A stretch of 64,000 nucleotides of DNA from assembly GCA_027339965.1 (NCBI GenBank), contig DAHWNL010000078.1:96001-160000 (forward strand), written 5' to 3'. Every line of letters begins with the position of its first letter. Position 1 is the first letter of the stretch. This document shows, in pieces, positions 10,426-20,217 of this stretch. The stretch comes from Granulicella sp. (GTDB taxonomy: Bacteria; Acidobacteriota; Terriglobia; Terriglobales; Acidobacteriaceae). The notes under the pieces were generated by a model. It ran no database searches and was not told where the DNA came from. It saw only the letters and a list, made by a program, of their open reading frames with translations. Both the position numbers and the translations under genes were made by a program.

Positions 10426-11193
10426 ATGGAAAAAGCTCATCCGTTCACCCTCGTCGGGAAGCAAGCCGTTGTCACCGGGGGCGCCAGCGGCATTGGCCTG
10501 GCCACTGCCCAGGCCTTCGCAGACGCTGGAGCTCGTGTCACCATCCTTGACTTGGCCGCAGCACAGGCTTCTGAAGCCGCCGCATCGCTCTCCCTGCCCG
10601 GGCGGGGCATCGGCTGCGACGTCACCGAGCCCGCCAGCGTCGAGCAAGCCTTCGCAGAGGCCGGCGGGGTGGATCTGCTGGTGAACAGCGCCGGCATCGC
10701 CCACATCGGGACCCTGCTCGGCACCACTCCAGATGACCTTGACCGCCTTTATCGCGTCAACGTCCGTGGAACTTTTTTGTGTATGCGGGCCGCCGTCAGC
10801 CGGATGCAGCAGAGCGGCGGAGGCGCCATCGTCAACATGGCCTCCATCGCCGCCACAGCCGGCCTTCCCGACCGCTTCGCTTACTCCATGACCAAGGGGG
10901 CAGTCCTGGCCATGACCCTTTCGGTGGCGCGCGATTTCCTGGCTCAGGGAATACGCTGCAACTGTATCTCGCCGGCCCGCGTCCACACCCCCTTTGTAGA
11001 TGGGTATCTCGCCCGCACCTACCCCGGCCGGGAGACCGAGATGATGCGGACGCTCGAAAAGGCACAGCCCATCGGGCGCATGGCTCGTCCAGAAGAGATC
11101 GCCTGGCTGGCGCTCTACCTCTGCTCGAATGCCGCCGGCTTCATCACCGGGGTGGACTATCCGATCGACGGTGGCTTCGTCAACCTTCGCTGA
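10426..11193 (+). CDS. Short-chain dehydrogenase/reductase (sugar-acid dehydrogenase-like)
   Basis: TGGASGIG, NSAG, YSMTK catalytic motif, DYPIDGG. Confidence 0.9.
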   Translation: MEKAHPFTLVGKQAVVTGGASGIGLATAQAFADAGARVTILDLAAAQASEAAASLSLPGRGIGCDVTEPASVEQAFAEAGGVDLLVNSAGIAHIGTLLGTTPDDLDRLYRVNVRGTFLCMRAAVSRMQQSGGGAIVNMASIAATAGLPDRFAYSMTKGAVLAMTLSVARDFLAQGIRCNCISPARVHTPFVDGYLARTYPGRETEMMRTLEKAQPIGRMARPEEIAWLALYLCSNAAGFITGVDYPIDGGFVNLR

Positions 11194-11351
11194 GACATCT
11201 TGCTCGGCCGGAGATGTCACCTTGGCTTGCCTGGGCATCTCCCCAAGCCGACCTCTCGATCCTCGCTCCCGTAGACTATGCTCCACGCAAGGGCCCGGGC
11301 TCTCACGGCTCCCCCGTCCAGAGACCACCAAGCTCCACCATGTTTCCCTCC

Positions 11352-11375
11352 ATGTGTGCAACGAAATGCACACAT
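11352..11375. promoter_or_regulatory. Putative upstream activator site for a sigma54 enhancer-binding protein
   Basis: Perfect 9-bp inverted repeat ATGTGTGCA-N6-TGCACACAT centred ~70 bp upstream of the -24 element. Confidence 0.55.
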
Positions 11376-11432
11376 TTCGGGGGTAAGGGCATCTCCACCT
11401 GTCGAATATTGGGCATTCCTCTCCTCTGACTT

Positions 11433-11448
11433 TGGCATCCCAGTTGCT
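11433..11448 (+). promoter_or_regulatory. Sigma54 -24/-12 promoter
   Basis: TGGCAT-CCCAG-TTGCT with correct GG-N10-GC spacing, upstream of a PEP-CTERM gene (a class known to be sigma54-associated). Confidence 0.7.
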
Positions 11449-11838
11449 TCAACTCTAATCAACGGAACCACAAATCAGAGGGTGGCGGAAGCCAAAGGTG
11501 CATTGGCAGGCCTGCAGGTATTCCACCTTCCGCGAAGACGGTCAACCGTTGCAAGGAATGAAGCCTTGCGCATCAGGACCGTTGGCTGCCTTGAAAGCTG
11601 TGGCAATACGCTAAAGTTTGCCCGGAGGGCTGAAGCTGCCATCCGGCAAATCTTGGCAAGGCGCCCACGGCGCAGCTCGGGACTTGGTTTCTCCCTGTGG
11701 CTGCTTGGGTGCAGCGAGCGTTGCCCCCAAAAGCAGCTGCAAAACCATCCACGCGGAGTGCTTCGAAGGCTATCTCCCGCGCAATTGGACAAACCGGCCA
11801 GGGATGCGGTCCGCGAGCCATCCTGCAAGGAGATTTCA

Positions 11839-12408
11839 GTGATAAAGATTGTTCGTTCTCTCTTTTTATGTTTGCTGATCTTCGGACTCACGCGCGCGTC
11901 CTATGCCTTCAAGCTGGGCGTTCTGGATGCTCCGCCCCCGACGTTCGACTTCACGGGCGCGCCTCTGGAAATCTCCTTTTCCAGTTGTGGCGCCGGCTTC
12001 AGTTCTACCGACGGCTGCGCCTCTATCATCAACGGTACGGGCGCCACCATTACCAGCCTGCTCGTGGATGTGCCGGTGAGCGACCTCGCCGGCCAGACCT
12101 CAGTATCTTGCCTGGGAGGTAGACGCAGTCTGTTTACCAGTTGCATCGTCTCTGAGATCGACAATCAAACCCAGTATCAGTTCGACTTCACCGGCGGCGA
12201 TATCCCTTACTCCCCGTTCAGCAAATGCGACACGGACGACGCCACCTTCTTCCAGATTGAGGAGAAGGGAGTCAACTACCACGATATTACCGCTAATGTG
12301 GCGATGACTCCAGAGCCGGCCAACTTCTGGCTACTGGCCAGTGGGATGCTCCTCCTGGCGGGCTTCCTGTACCGGCGGCGACTCTGGTCCAGCACATTGG
12401 GCTGCTGA
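11839..12408 (+). CDS. PEP-CTERM exosortase-sorted surface protein
   Basis: AAGGAG RBS before GTG 11839; signal peptide; C-terminal TPEP, hydrophobic helix and RRR. Confidence 0.85.
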   Translation: MIKIVRSLFLCLLIFGLTRASYAFKLGVLDAPPPTFDFTGAPLEISFSSCGAGFSSTDGCASIINGTGATITSLLVDVPVSDLAGQTSVSCLGGRRSLFTSCIVSEIDNQTQYQFDFTGGDIPYSPFSKCDTDDATFFQIEEKGVNYHDITANVAMTPEPANFWLLASGMLLLAGFLYRRRLWSSTLGC

Positions 12409-12436
12409 GTTCATCCGTCTCCATCGCCCACTCCCC

Positions 12437-12470
12437 AATAGGCCCTGCCCTAACCCGGGCAGGGCCTATT
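12437..12470. terminator. Hairpin between convergent genes (likely bidirectional terminator)
   Basis: Perfect 14-bp inverted repeat AATAGGCCCTGCCC-taaccc-GGGCAGGGCCTATT. Confidence 0.75.
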
Positions 12471-12587
12471 CTCGGTCGGCCACGGCCATTGCGTGATCAC
12501 CGATCCATCGTCGGAGCTATCAGGGAATCTCCACTCGGCCGCACGCTCCCCCGCGGCCACAGAGCGGCTCCCATGGCAGAATCACCG

Positions 12588-13127
12588 CTACATTTTGTAG
12601 CGGCCCATCTCGTCATCGTTAAGATTCTCCAGCCAACGGCGCAGCTCTTCCGGGCTCAGTGTCGAACTTCCGTTCGAGGAGCGGCGAGCTTGCTCGTAGA
12701 CCTGCTGGGAGACGAAGATCGGGCAGTCGGAGCGCAGCGCAAGAGCGATTGCATCAGAAGGCCGCGCATCCAACGCGATGACCTCACCCGCCTGGTCCAT
12801 CCATACCGTTGCGTGGAAGGTGTCCTCACGGAGATCCCCGACCACAACCCGGGTTACCCGGCCGTTCAGACTGTCAATTGCATTGCGCAGCAAATCATGC
12901 GTCCAGGGGCGGAACGTGGTCGCCTTCTCCATCTCGAGTGCGATCGCATTCGCTTCAAAGATGCCGACCCATATCGGCAACACCACCTCCCCGGCCAGAT
13001 CGTTCAACACCACAATGGGCATCTTGGTGGAGGAATCGATCATGAGACCGCGGATACGAACCTCGACTTCTGGTCCCGATTCGCGGTCCTCAGGGTCGGA
13101 TTTGAAGCCGGGCAGGTGCATGGCCAT
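12588..13127 (-). CDS. Bifunctional nuclease family protein (DUF151)
   Basis: LPIWVGIFEANAIA, RPWTHDLL and DARPSDAIALALR motifs; start uncertain. Confidence 0.88.
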   Translation of the reverse strand: MAMHLPGFKSDPEDRESGPEVEVRIRGLMIDSSTKMPIVVLNDLAGEVVLPIWVGIFEANAIALEMEKATTFRPWTHDLLRNAIDSLNGRVTRVVVGDLREDTFHATVWMDQAGEVIALDARPSDAIALALRSDCPIFVSQQVYEQARRSSNGSSTLSPEELRRWLENLNDDEMGRYKM

Positions 13128-13267
13128 AGTGTAACCCCAGCCCGGCCCAGCCGGAAATCCATCTTGGAATGCAGCGCCATGGCTCGACCTGCATTCAAGA
13201 CCCACCATGCGGGCTCAGCCGCTTCGCGCCTTTTTTGCGGTTCCTCTCAGGGCCTCAGCCGCGGCTC

Positions 13268-14632
13268 TCAAACCCGGGCGTTAAGCGCCTGCTGCGCCAG
13301 CAACGTCGGAGAAGGAGAGACGGCGACAGACACCGCAACTCCCAGCAGAGAACTGGGGAAGATCTCCGTGATACGGACATCCAGATAGCCGCCCACCGCG
13401 GGGATACGATCACAGGTAAAGTTCACCGTCTTGTTCTGGGTGGAACGCCCGGTCATCTGGCCACGATGGTTGGGTCCGTGTTCCACCATCACGGACACGA
13501 TCTGGCCCAGATGGCGCGCGTAGTTGCGGCGCTGGATCTCGCGCTGGCGAGCGTTTAGCGTGGCCAGGCGCTGCACCTTGACCTCTTCCGCAATGGAGTC
13601 CGCCATGTGCATGGCAGGGGTGTTGGGACGGGGCGAGTACTTGAAGCCATATACCCCGTCATAGCCAACCTCATCCAGCAAGCGGAGCGTCTCCTCAAAG
13701 TCGCCGTCGTTCTCTCCCGGAAAGCCCACAATAATGTCTGTTGTCAGGGAGATATCCCGCCGTGCCGCCTTGGTCCATGCGATTCGCTCCAGATACCAAT
13801 CCCGGGTGTACTCGCGCTGCATGGCGCGCAGCACGTTGCTGGAGCCTGACTGGACCGGAAGATGCACGTGATCGCACAAGCTCGGCACCGCATCGATGGC
13901 CGAGACGATATCCCTGGTAAAGTCCCTCGGGTGAGAGGTGGTGAAGCGAACGCGCTTGATACCGTTCACCTCGCCCACCGCGGCCAGAAGTTCAGCAAAG
14001 CTGCGCCGGCCGCTGGGGTCCCGATAGCTGTTCACGTTCTGGCCCAAAAGCTGAATCTCAGTAAAACCAAGCTGGGCGATGCGCTGCGCCTCTGCCAGTA
14101 CGGAGGCTGAACTGCGGCTACGCTCCTTTCCGCGGGTATAAGGCACCACGCAGTAAGCGCAAAACTTGTCGCAGCCTTCGATAATCGTGATGTAGCCGCG
14201 GTGGGGATTGGAGCGCGCCGTAAACTCGGTGTCGAAGGTCCGGTCGGTCTGCCGGTCATCCAGACCCGTGATGCGGTTTTCGCCCGCTTCAAGCCGCTCC
14301 AACATCTCCGGCAGATGGTTGTAGCTGGCCGAACCTGCCACGAGCGAGACGTAGGGCGCCTTTTCAAAGATCTTGGCTCCCTCCTGCTGGGCAACGCAAC
14401 CCAAAACCGCAAACTTCTTCCCCTCTCCCTGCATGCGCTTGTACTCGTTCAACCGGTGGAAGACCTTTTGCTCAGCCTTGTCGCGAATGGAGCAAGTGTT
14501 GTAAACAATCAGCGTGGCGTCGGCTTCGTCCGCGGCTGGGGTATAGCCCTGTCGCAGCAAAGTGCCCACAACTTTCTCGGAGTCGTGAGCATTCATCTGG
14601 CAGCCAAAAGTTTCGAGGTAGAAGGTCTTCAT
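13268..14632 (-). CDS. miaB: tRNA-2-methylthio-N6-dimethylallyladenosine synthase
   Basis: TFGCQMN, NTCSIR, LGCVAQ; radical-SAM CDKFCAYC; C-terminal TRAM domain. Confidence 0.96.
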   Translation of the reverse strand: MKTFYLETFGCQMNAHDSEKVVGTLLRQGYTPAADEADATLIVYNTCSIRDKAEQKVFHRLNEYKRMQGEGKKFAVLGCVAQQEGAKIFEKAPYVSLVAGSASYNHLPEMLERLEAGENRITGLDDRQTDRTFDTEFTARSNPHRGYITIIEGCDKFCAYCVVPYTRGKERSRSSASVLAEAQRIAQLGFTEIQLLGQNVNSYRDPSGRRSFAELLAAVGEVNGIKRVRFTTSHPRDFTRDIVSAIDAVPSLCDHVHLPVQSGSSNVLRAMQREYTRDWYLERIAWTKAARRDISLTTDIIVGFPGENDGDFEETLRLLDEVGYDGVYGFKYSPRPNTPAMHMADSIAEEVKVQRLATLNARQREIQRRNYARHLGQIVSVMVEHGPNHRGQMTGRSTQNKTVNFTCDRIPAVGGYLDVRITEIFPSSLLGVAVSVAVSPSPTLLAQQALNARV

Positions 14633-14822
14633 GCGCAACCCTCAGTATAGGGCTTGGCTCGGCCTTTTTTGAACCGCGTTGTCTGCTCCATCTCCGGGCC
14701 TGGCTGGCTGGGGAAGGTCCTGCGGAGCACCCGCAGATCTCCTCTCCATCGGGATCTTCCAAGGGGCGCATGCGCGCCGACCGGCCGGCATGCTATCCTC
14801 GGCCCGAACCCGAGGCGGCGCC

Positions 14823-16553
14823 ATGACGGAAGAGAGCAAGCAGGAAAGACAATCCCGGTCACAACTAAATACGCGGCTGGACAGAGCTTCCACCCGAGCC
14901 AGGGAGAATCAGGCCTCAATGCTAGCGCTGCTCGCGGCTCTACGGGCTCAGGAGGACGAGATTCGTCAGGGAGGCGGCGCCAAGGCGGCCGACGCGCAAC
15001 GGGCCAAAGGCCGGCTGACGGTGCGCGAACGCCTGGCTCGATTGCTGGACCGGGACGCCGAGTTTCTGGAACTCGGCCTGTGGGCCGCCCATGGAATGTA
15101 TGCCGACTACGGAGGCGCTCCCGGAGCCGGCGTGGTCACCGGCCTGGGCAGGATCTGTGGCCGGCTGTGCATGGTAATCGCCAACGATGCGACCGTCAAG
15201 GCGGGAGCCTTCTTTCCCATGACCGCCAAAAAGGTGCTACGCGCACAGATCATCGCTTTGGAGAACCGGATCCCTACGATCTATCTTGTTGATTCGGCCG
15301 GCGTCTTCCTCCCCTTGCAGGAGGATGTCTTCCCCGACACCGATGACTTCGGACGCGTCTTTCGTAACAACGCCGTCATGAGCTCGCTGGGCATTCCGCA
15401 GATCACCGCGATCATGGGCATGTGCGTTGCCGGCGGAGCGTACCTGCCCGTGATGACCGATACCGTTCTGATGACCGAGGGATCCGGCCTCTTTCTCGCC
15501 GGCCCCTCTCTGGTGCAGGCAGCCATCGGGCAGAAGACGGAAGCCGAGGAGCTTGGAGGCGCCACCATGCACGCTGAGATCTCTGGAACCGTGGACTTCA
15601 AGGAGCCCGACGATGCGGCCTGTCTGGCCCGGCTGCGCAGTCTGGTCGGCCTGATGGGACAGCGAGCCACTGGGCCCTTCTCCACAACCCCCTTCGATGC
15701 GGAGCAAGATGCGCCTCGCTTCCCCGCCGAGGACCTCTACGGATTGCTCGATCCATCCCCAGGAGCCGGCAACATCTATGACATGCGCGAGATCATCGCC
15801 CGCATCGTCGACCGCAGCGAGTTCCAGGAGTACAAGGCGGAGTTTGGCCGAACCCTGCTTTGCGGATACGCGCACATCGGCGGCCACGCGGTCGGCATCG
15901 TCGCCAACCAGAAGATCAACCAGACCCAGACCGTGGCTATGGGTCCCCTGGCGGGCAGCAAACGGATCGAAGTCGGCGGCGTGATCTATACCGAGGCCGC
16001 GCAGAAGGCGGCGCGCTTCATCATGGACTGCAACCAGAACCTGGTCCCCCTAGTGTTTCTGCATGATGTCAACGGCTTCATGGTCGGCAAGGACGCTGAG
16101 TGGTCAGGGATCATTCGCGCCGGAGCCAAGATGGTCTCGGCCGTAAGCACCAGCGTGGTGCCCAAAATTACGGTCATCATCGGCGGAAGCTTTGGAGCCG
16201 GGCATTACGCCATGTGTGGCAAGGCCTATGATCCACGGTTTGTCTTCGCCTGGCCAACCGCGCGCTACGCCGTTATGAGCGGCGCCTCAGCCGCCGGCAC
16301 CTTGGCGGAAGTTCGCGCCCGACAGTTGGAACGCGGAGGCAAACAGCTCAACCCGGAACAGAGACAAGCGCTTTACAACGACATCAAGGAGACCTACGAT
16401 GCGCAGGCGGACCCGAGATATGCCGCAGCGAGACTGTGGATCGATGCCATCATCGACCCCGCCCAGACCCGCCAGGCGCTGATCACCTCGCTACAAGCCT
16501 GCGCGCTGAATCCAGAGGTGGCAAGATTCAATCCAGGCGTGCTGCAAACTTAA
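14823..16553 (+). CDS. Acyl-CoA carboxylase carboxyltransferase subunit (methylcrotonyl-CoA carboxylase beta-like)
   Basis: ANDATVKAG, LVDSAGVFLPLQ, CVAGGAY and GGSFGAGHYAMCG motifs; liu-type context. Confidence 0.88.
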   Translation: MTEESKQERQSRSQLNTRLDRASTRARENQASMLALLAALRAQEDEIRQGGGAKAADAQRAKGRLTVRERLARLLDRDAEFLELGLWAAHGMYADYGGAPGAGVVTGLGRICGRLCMVIANDATVKAGAFFPMTAKKVLRAQIIALENRIPTIYLVDSAGVFLPLQEDVFPDTDDFGRVFRNNAVMSSLGIPQITAIMGMCVAGGAYLPVMTDTVLMTEGSGLFLAGPSLVQAAIGQKTEAEELGGATMHAEISGTVDFKEPDDAACLARLRSLVGLMGQRATGPFSTTPFDAEQDAPRFPAEDLYGLLDPSPGAGNIYDMREIIARIVDRSEFQEYKAEFGRTLLCGYAHIGGHAVGIVANQKINQTQTVAMGPLAGSKRIEVGGVIYTEAAQKAARFIMDCNQNLVPLVFLHDVNGFMVGKDAEWSGIIRAGAKMVSAVSTSVVPKITVIIGGSFGAGHYAMCGKAYDPRFVFAWPTARYAVMSGASAAGTLAEVRARQLERGGKQLNPEQRQALYNDIKETYDAQADPRYAAARLWIDAIIDPAQTRQALITSLQACALNPEVARFNPGVLQT

Positions 16554-16764
16554 AGAAGCGCAACGCAAACTTCCGCCAATCCCAGCCGGCTACGCAACTT
16601 CCGGCCGGGGCGGGCCGAGGGTTGTAGAGCATTGCGATCGAAGCCTCTTCTTCGGAAACCGCCGGAGTCCACCGCTTCGGGTTCGATAGTCGCCCACAGG
16701 ACTGGGCAGCCGCCTTCCCTGGGTTGTATGATTCGCTGGCTCGGCCCGAAGGCGGATCGCGGCA

Positions 16765-16815
16765 GCCGGAGTGCATGGTGGGCCGGAGTGTATGGTGGGC
16801 CGGAGCGCATGGTGG
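16765..16815. repeat. 3 x 17-bp tandem repeat
   Basis: GCCGGAGTGCATGGTGG / GCCGGAGTGTATGGTGG / GCCGGAGCGCATGGTGG, intergenic. Confidence 0.9.
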
Positions 16816-16897
16816 GAAGGATCGGCAGCCTTCTCAATACCTACCAAAGATCAGCGCCAGGCCATGGCGCACGGAACTCAACCAAGGAGCCGAAACG

Positions 16898-18088
16898 ATG
16901 GATGTTGCAGTTGAGCAAGCAGAACGCTTATACCCATTCGTCCTCACCGAAGACCAGGAGGCGCTGCGCAGGGAGATTCGCCATTTCGCCGCGCGCGAGA
17001 TCGCGCCGTTCATCATGGAGTGGGACGAGAAGAGTGAGTTTCCCGTTGCGGCTGTCAAGAAGCTGGGGGAGATGGGGCTACTGGGCGTGATCTTTCCCTC
17101 CGAGTACGGCGGCGCTGGGATGGGGTACGTCGACTATGTGCTGGCCATCGAGGAGCTCTCCGCCGTCGATGGCTCCATCGGCCTGACCGTGGCGGCGCAT
17201 AACTCACTGGGCTCCAATCACATCTTTTTGGCCGGCAATGAAGAACAGCGGCGAAGATATCTCCCCAAACTGGCAACCGGCCAATCTCTGGCCGCCTGGG
17301 GGCTCACGGAGCCCGGGTCCGGCTCCGACGCCGGAGGCGCGCGAACCACCGCCGTGCGCAAAGGCAACCGATGGATTCTCAACGGAACCAAGACGTTTAT
17401 CACCAACGGACACTTCGCTGATGTGCTGGTGGTGATCGCCGTGACGGACAAGTCCAAAGGAACGCACGGCCTCTCGGCCTTTGTGGTGGAAAAAGATACC
17501 AAAGGCTTTCGCGCGGGAAAGAAGGAGAACAAGCTCGGACTGCGGGCCAGCGACACCTCCGAGCTGATTTTTGAGGACTGCGAGATTCCCGCCGAAAACC
17601 TGCTGGGCGCGGAAGGGGAAGGATTCGTGGATGCAATGCGAATTCTGGACGGCGGCCGTATCTCGATTGCGGCGCTCTCTCTGGGCATCGCGCGCGGAGC
17701 TTTGGACGCCGCACTGCGTTACGTCAAGGAACGCCGCCAGTTCGGAAAAGCCATCGCGGAGTTTCAGGGAATCCAGTGGAAGCTGGCCGATATGGCCACC
17801 GAGTTGGATGCGGCACGCCTGCTCACGCAACGCGCAGCGCTGTTGAAGGATGCCGGGCGAAGGATCACCCGAGAGTCGGCTATGGCCAAGCTCTTTGCCA
17901 GTGAGGTGGCTGTGCAGATCTGCAATGAGGCGGTACAGTTGTTCGGCGGCTACGGTTTCATCAAAGACTATCCGGCCGAGAAGTTCTATCGTGACGTCAA
18001 GCTGTGCACCATCGGAGAGGGAACCAGTGAGATCCAACGCATGGTCATCGCGCGCGAAATCCTGAAGGTGCAACCCTCCCGCGGATAA
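16898..18088 (+). CDS. Acyl-CoA dehydrogenase (isovaleryl/short-branched-chain type by context)
   Basis: [33 protein letters not shown] and IGEGTSEIQ motifs; AAGGAG RBS before ATG 16898. Confidence 0.92.
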   Translation: MDVAVEQAERLYPFVLTEDQEALRREIRHFAAREIAPFIMEWDEKSEFPVAAVKKLGEMGLLGVIFPSEYGGAGMGYVDYVLAIEELSAVDGSIGLTVAAHNSLGSNHIFLAGNEEQRRRYLPKLATGQSLAAWGLTEPGSGSDAGGARTTAVRKGNRWILNGTKTFITNGHFADVLVVIAVTDKSKGTHGLSAFVVEKDTKGFRAGKKENKLGLRASDTSELIFEDCEIPAENLLGAEGEGFVDAMRILDGGRISIAALSLGIARGALDAALRYVKERRQFGKAIAEFQGIQWKLADMATELDAARLLTQRAALLKDAGRRITRESAMAKLFASEVAVQICNEAVQLFGGYGFIKDYPAEKFYRDVKLCTIGEGTSEIQRMVIAREILKVQPSRG

Positions 18089-18337
18089 AGCAATCCTTCC
18101 TTGGAGGGGAGTTGGCCAAAGCGAGCCTGCCGGGCGATCTCTTACGGGAGATCGCCCGGCTGATGACGCATCCTTTGTGGGGTGTTGCCAGAAAGCTCGC
18201 TGCGGAGATCTGCCCAGGCACCGCCTGCTCGCTCGAAGGCGGCCTGATCCGTTGGTTTCGCCTGAGCTCCTGCATGCGCTCGGCAGCAACCCAAGAGCCG
18301 GAGATCGCAGCCATGAGGCTGGGAAAGAAGAGATGCC

Positions 18338-19249
18338 GTGAACCAAGCCGTCAAGATCGTGGAGTGCCCTCGCGATGCCTGGCAGAGTCTGAGGGGGCAG
18401 ATTCCCACCATGCGCAAAGCCGCTTACCTGCAGCAACTCTTCGAAGCGGGCTTTGAACACATCGATGCGGTCAGCTTCGTCTCCCCCTCGGCCGTCCCGC
18501 AGATGGCGGACTCCGAAGAGGTCCTGCAACGGCTGGCTCCATTGCCGGAAGGACTGGAGTTGATCGGGATCGTCGTCAATCTTCGTGGAGCGCAGCGGGC
18601 CGCTGCTACCGGAAGGATCAACACCCTGGGCTTCCCTTACTCCATCTCGCCCGGATTTCTTCGCCGCAATCAAAACCAGACTCAGTTGGAGGCGCTCCAT
18701 GCGCTGGAGGAGATTCGAAGCCATGCCCACGGCGCCGGTTTGGCCCTGATAGCCTATATCTCCATGGCATTCGGCAATCCTTATGATGATCCCTGGAGCC
18801 TGTCCTCACTGATCGATGCCTGCGCCACCCTGAAGAGCTTCGGCATCGGGCAGGTCTCCCTGGCTGATACCGTGGGCATCGCCACCCCCCCGCAGCTTAT
18901 GCAGGTGGTCACTGAGGTGGTGGCTCAGCATCCAGACCTGGAGATCGGGGTACACCTGCATGCGCGTCGGGACCAGGCCGCTGACCTCGTTCAGGCCGCC
19001 TTTGCCGGCGGCTGTCGCCGCTTTGATGCCGCCATCGGCGGGCTGGGCGGTTGCCCCTTCGCCCAGGACGAGTTGGTAGGAAACATCCCCACCGAGATTC
19101 TTCTTCGGGTGCTCCGCGAACTGGACGCCACCATCCCGCAGATTCAGCCATTGCATGAACTTATCTCCGAGACAGAACGAATTGCCAGCGAGTTCAGCAA
19201 GCATTCCCCAGCGGAGCAGCAGCCCCCGGACCAAGGAGAAACAACGTGA
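18338..19249 (+). CDS. Hydroxymethylglutaryl-CoA lyase
   Basis: ECPRDAWQ, SFVSPSAVPQMAD, LADTVG, HLH and GGCPFA motifs. Confidence 0.92.
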   Translation: MNQAVKIVECPRDAWQSLRGQIPTMRKAAYLQQLFEAGFEHIDAVSFVSPSAVPQMADSEEVLQRLAPLPEGLELIGIVVNLRGAQRAAATGRINTLGFPYSISPGFLRRNQNQTQLEALHALEEIRSHAHGAGLALIAYISMAFGNPYDDPWSLSSLIDACATLKSFGIGQVSLADTVGIATPPQLMQVVTEVVAQHPDLEIGVHLHARRDQAADLVQAAFAGGCRRFDAAIGGLGGCPFAQDELVGNIPTEILLRVLRELDATIPQIQPLHELISETERIASEFSKHSPAEQQPPDQGETT

Positions 19250-20022
19250 GCTACGCAACGGTTGAGGTGCACGAGCAGGAGTGGGTGCGTAGAATTCGGC
19301 TCAACCGGCCGGAACGGCGCAACGCCCTGACTCCCCAGATGCAGACCGAACTGACCGTCGCCCTCGAGGAGGCCGCCGCCGGAGCCTGCCGCGTAATCGT
19401 GTTAGAGGGGGCCGGCGAAGCATTTTGCTCCGGACTGGATCTATCCGCGCTGCAGGCGGCCAAAGACAAGAGCGCGCTGGAACACCGGGAGGACGCGGAA
19501 CGTGTGTCCCGGCTCTTCCGCACGTTATATGAGCTGCCCAAAGCCACCATCGCCGCAGTGCATGGAGCGGCAATTGCCGGAGGAACCGGTCTGGCCACCA
19601 TCTGCGACTTCACTCTGGCCGCGCCAGAGGCCAAGTTTGGTTACTCAGAGGTGCGGATTGGATTCCTTCCGGCACTCGTCTCGGCCTATCTGGTCCTGCA
19701 GATTGGCGAGAAGCGCGCTCGCGATCTGCTGCTCACTGGAAGGCTCTTTGACGCCGCCGAGGGTCATCGCCTGGGATTGGTCACCGAGGTCGTCGCTGCC
19801 CCCGATCTCGCAGCCCGCGTGCAGGCGCTCGCACAGACGCTCAGCGCAAACAGTCCGGCCGGCGTTCAGGCCACCAAGAAGCTGTTAGCCGCACAGAGCC
19901 AGGCCTGGCTGGATGAGGCCATCGCGCTCTCCCTGCAGGCCAACGCAACCGCCCGGGAGACAGTTGACTTTCAGGAGGGCGTGGCTGCGTTCCTGGAAAA
20001 GCGAAGGCCGCGGTGGCTCTGA
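19246..20022 (+). CDS. Enoyl-CoA hydratase (methylglutaconyl-CoA hydratase-like)
   Basis: LNRPERRNA, AFCSGLDL, AIAGG and SEVRIG motifs; overlaps the HMG-CoA lyase stop. Confidence 0.88.
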   Translation: MSYATVEVHEQEWVRRIRLNRPERRNALTPQMQTELTVALEEAAAGACRVIVLEGAGEAFCSGLDLSALQAAKDKSALEHREDAERVSRLFRTLYELPKATIAAVHGAAIAGGTGLATICDFTLAAPEAKFGYSEVRIGFLPALVSAYLVLQIGEKRARDLLLTGRLFDAAEGHRLGLVTEVVAAPDLAARVQALAQTLSANSPAGVQATKKLLAAQSQAWLDEAIALSLQANATARETVDFQEGVAAFLEKRRPRWL

Positions 20023-20217
20023 ACCACGCAAGCAGAGGCGGGATGGAGACCTGCTGGCCCGCTGGCCTCCCAACCCATCCTTGCGTTCTTTGCGTCACTC
20101 GGCACCCTCCCGACGACGCAGCCCGGCATGCGGGACTCACCTCAGCCTTCAAGTTCAACCAGACCCGCGTCTGGTCGAATCGTCACGCTGTAAACCAGCG
20201 AAGTCCCGACCGAAGCG

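Noticed and set aside
11278..11838. N-terminal extension of the PEP-CTERM ORF (376 aa)
   Set aside because: The RBS and signal peptide point to GTG 11839, and the upstream stretch contains promoter elements.
16765..16815. CRISPR array
   Set aside because: The repeats are directly adjacent with no spacers, and there are no cas genes.
17204..18730. Long antisense ORFs (e.g. 508 aa here; also 10228-11373, 21427-22689, 39262-40251 and 50429-51466)
   Set aside because: Shadow frames of well-supported genes in GC-rich DNA, with no recognisable motifs.
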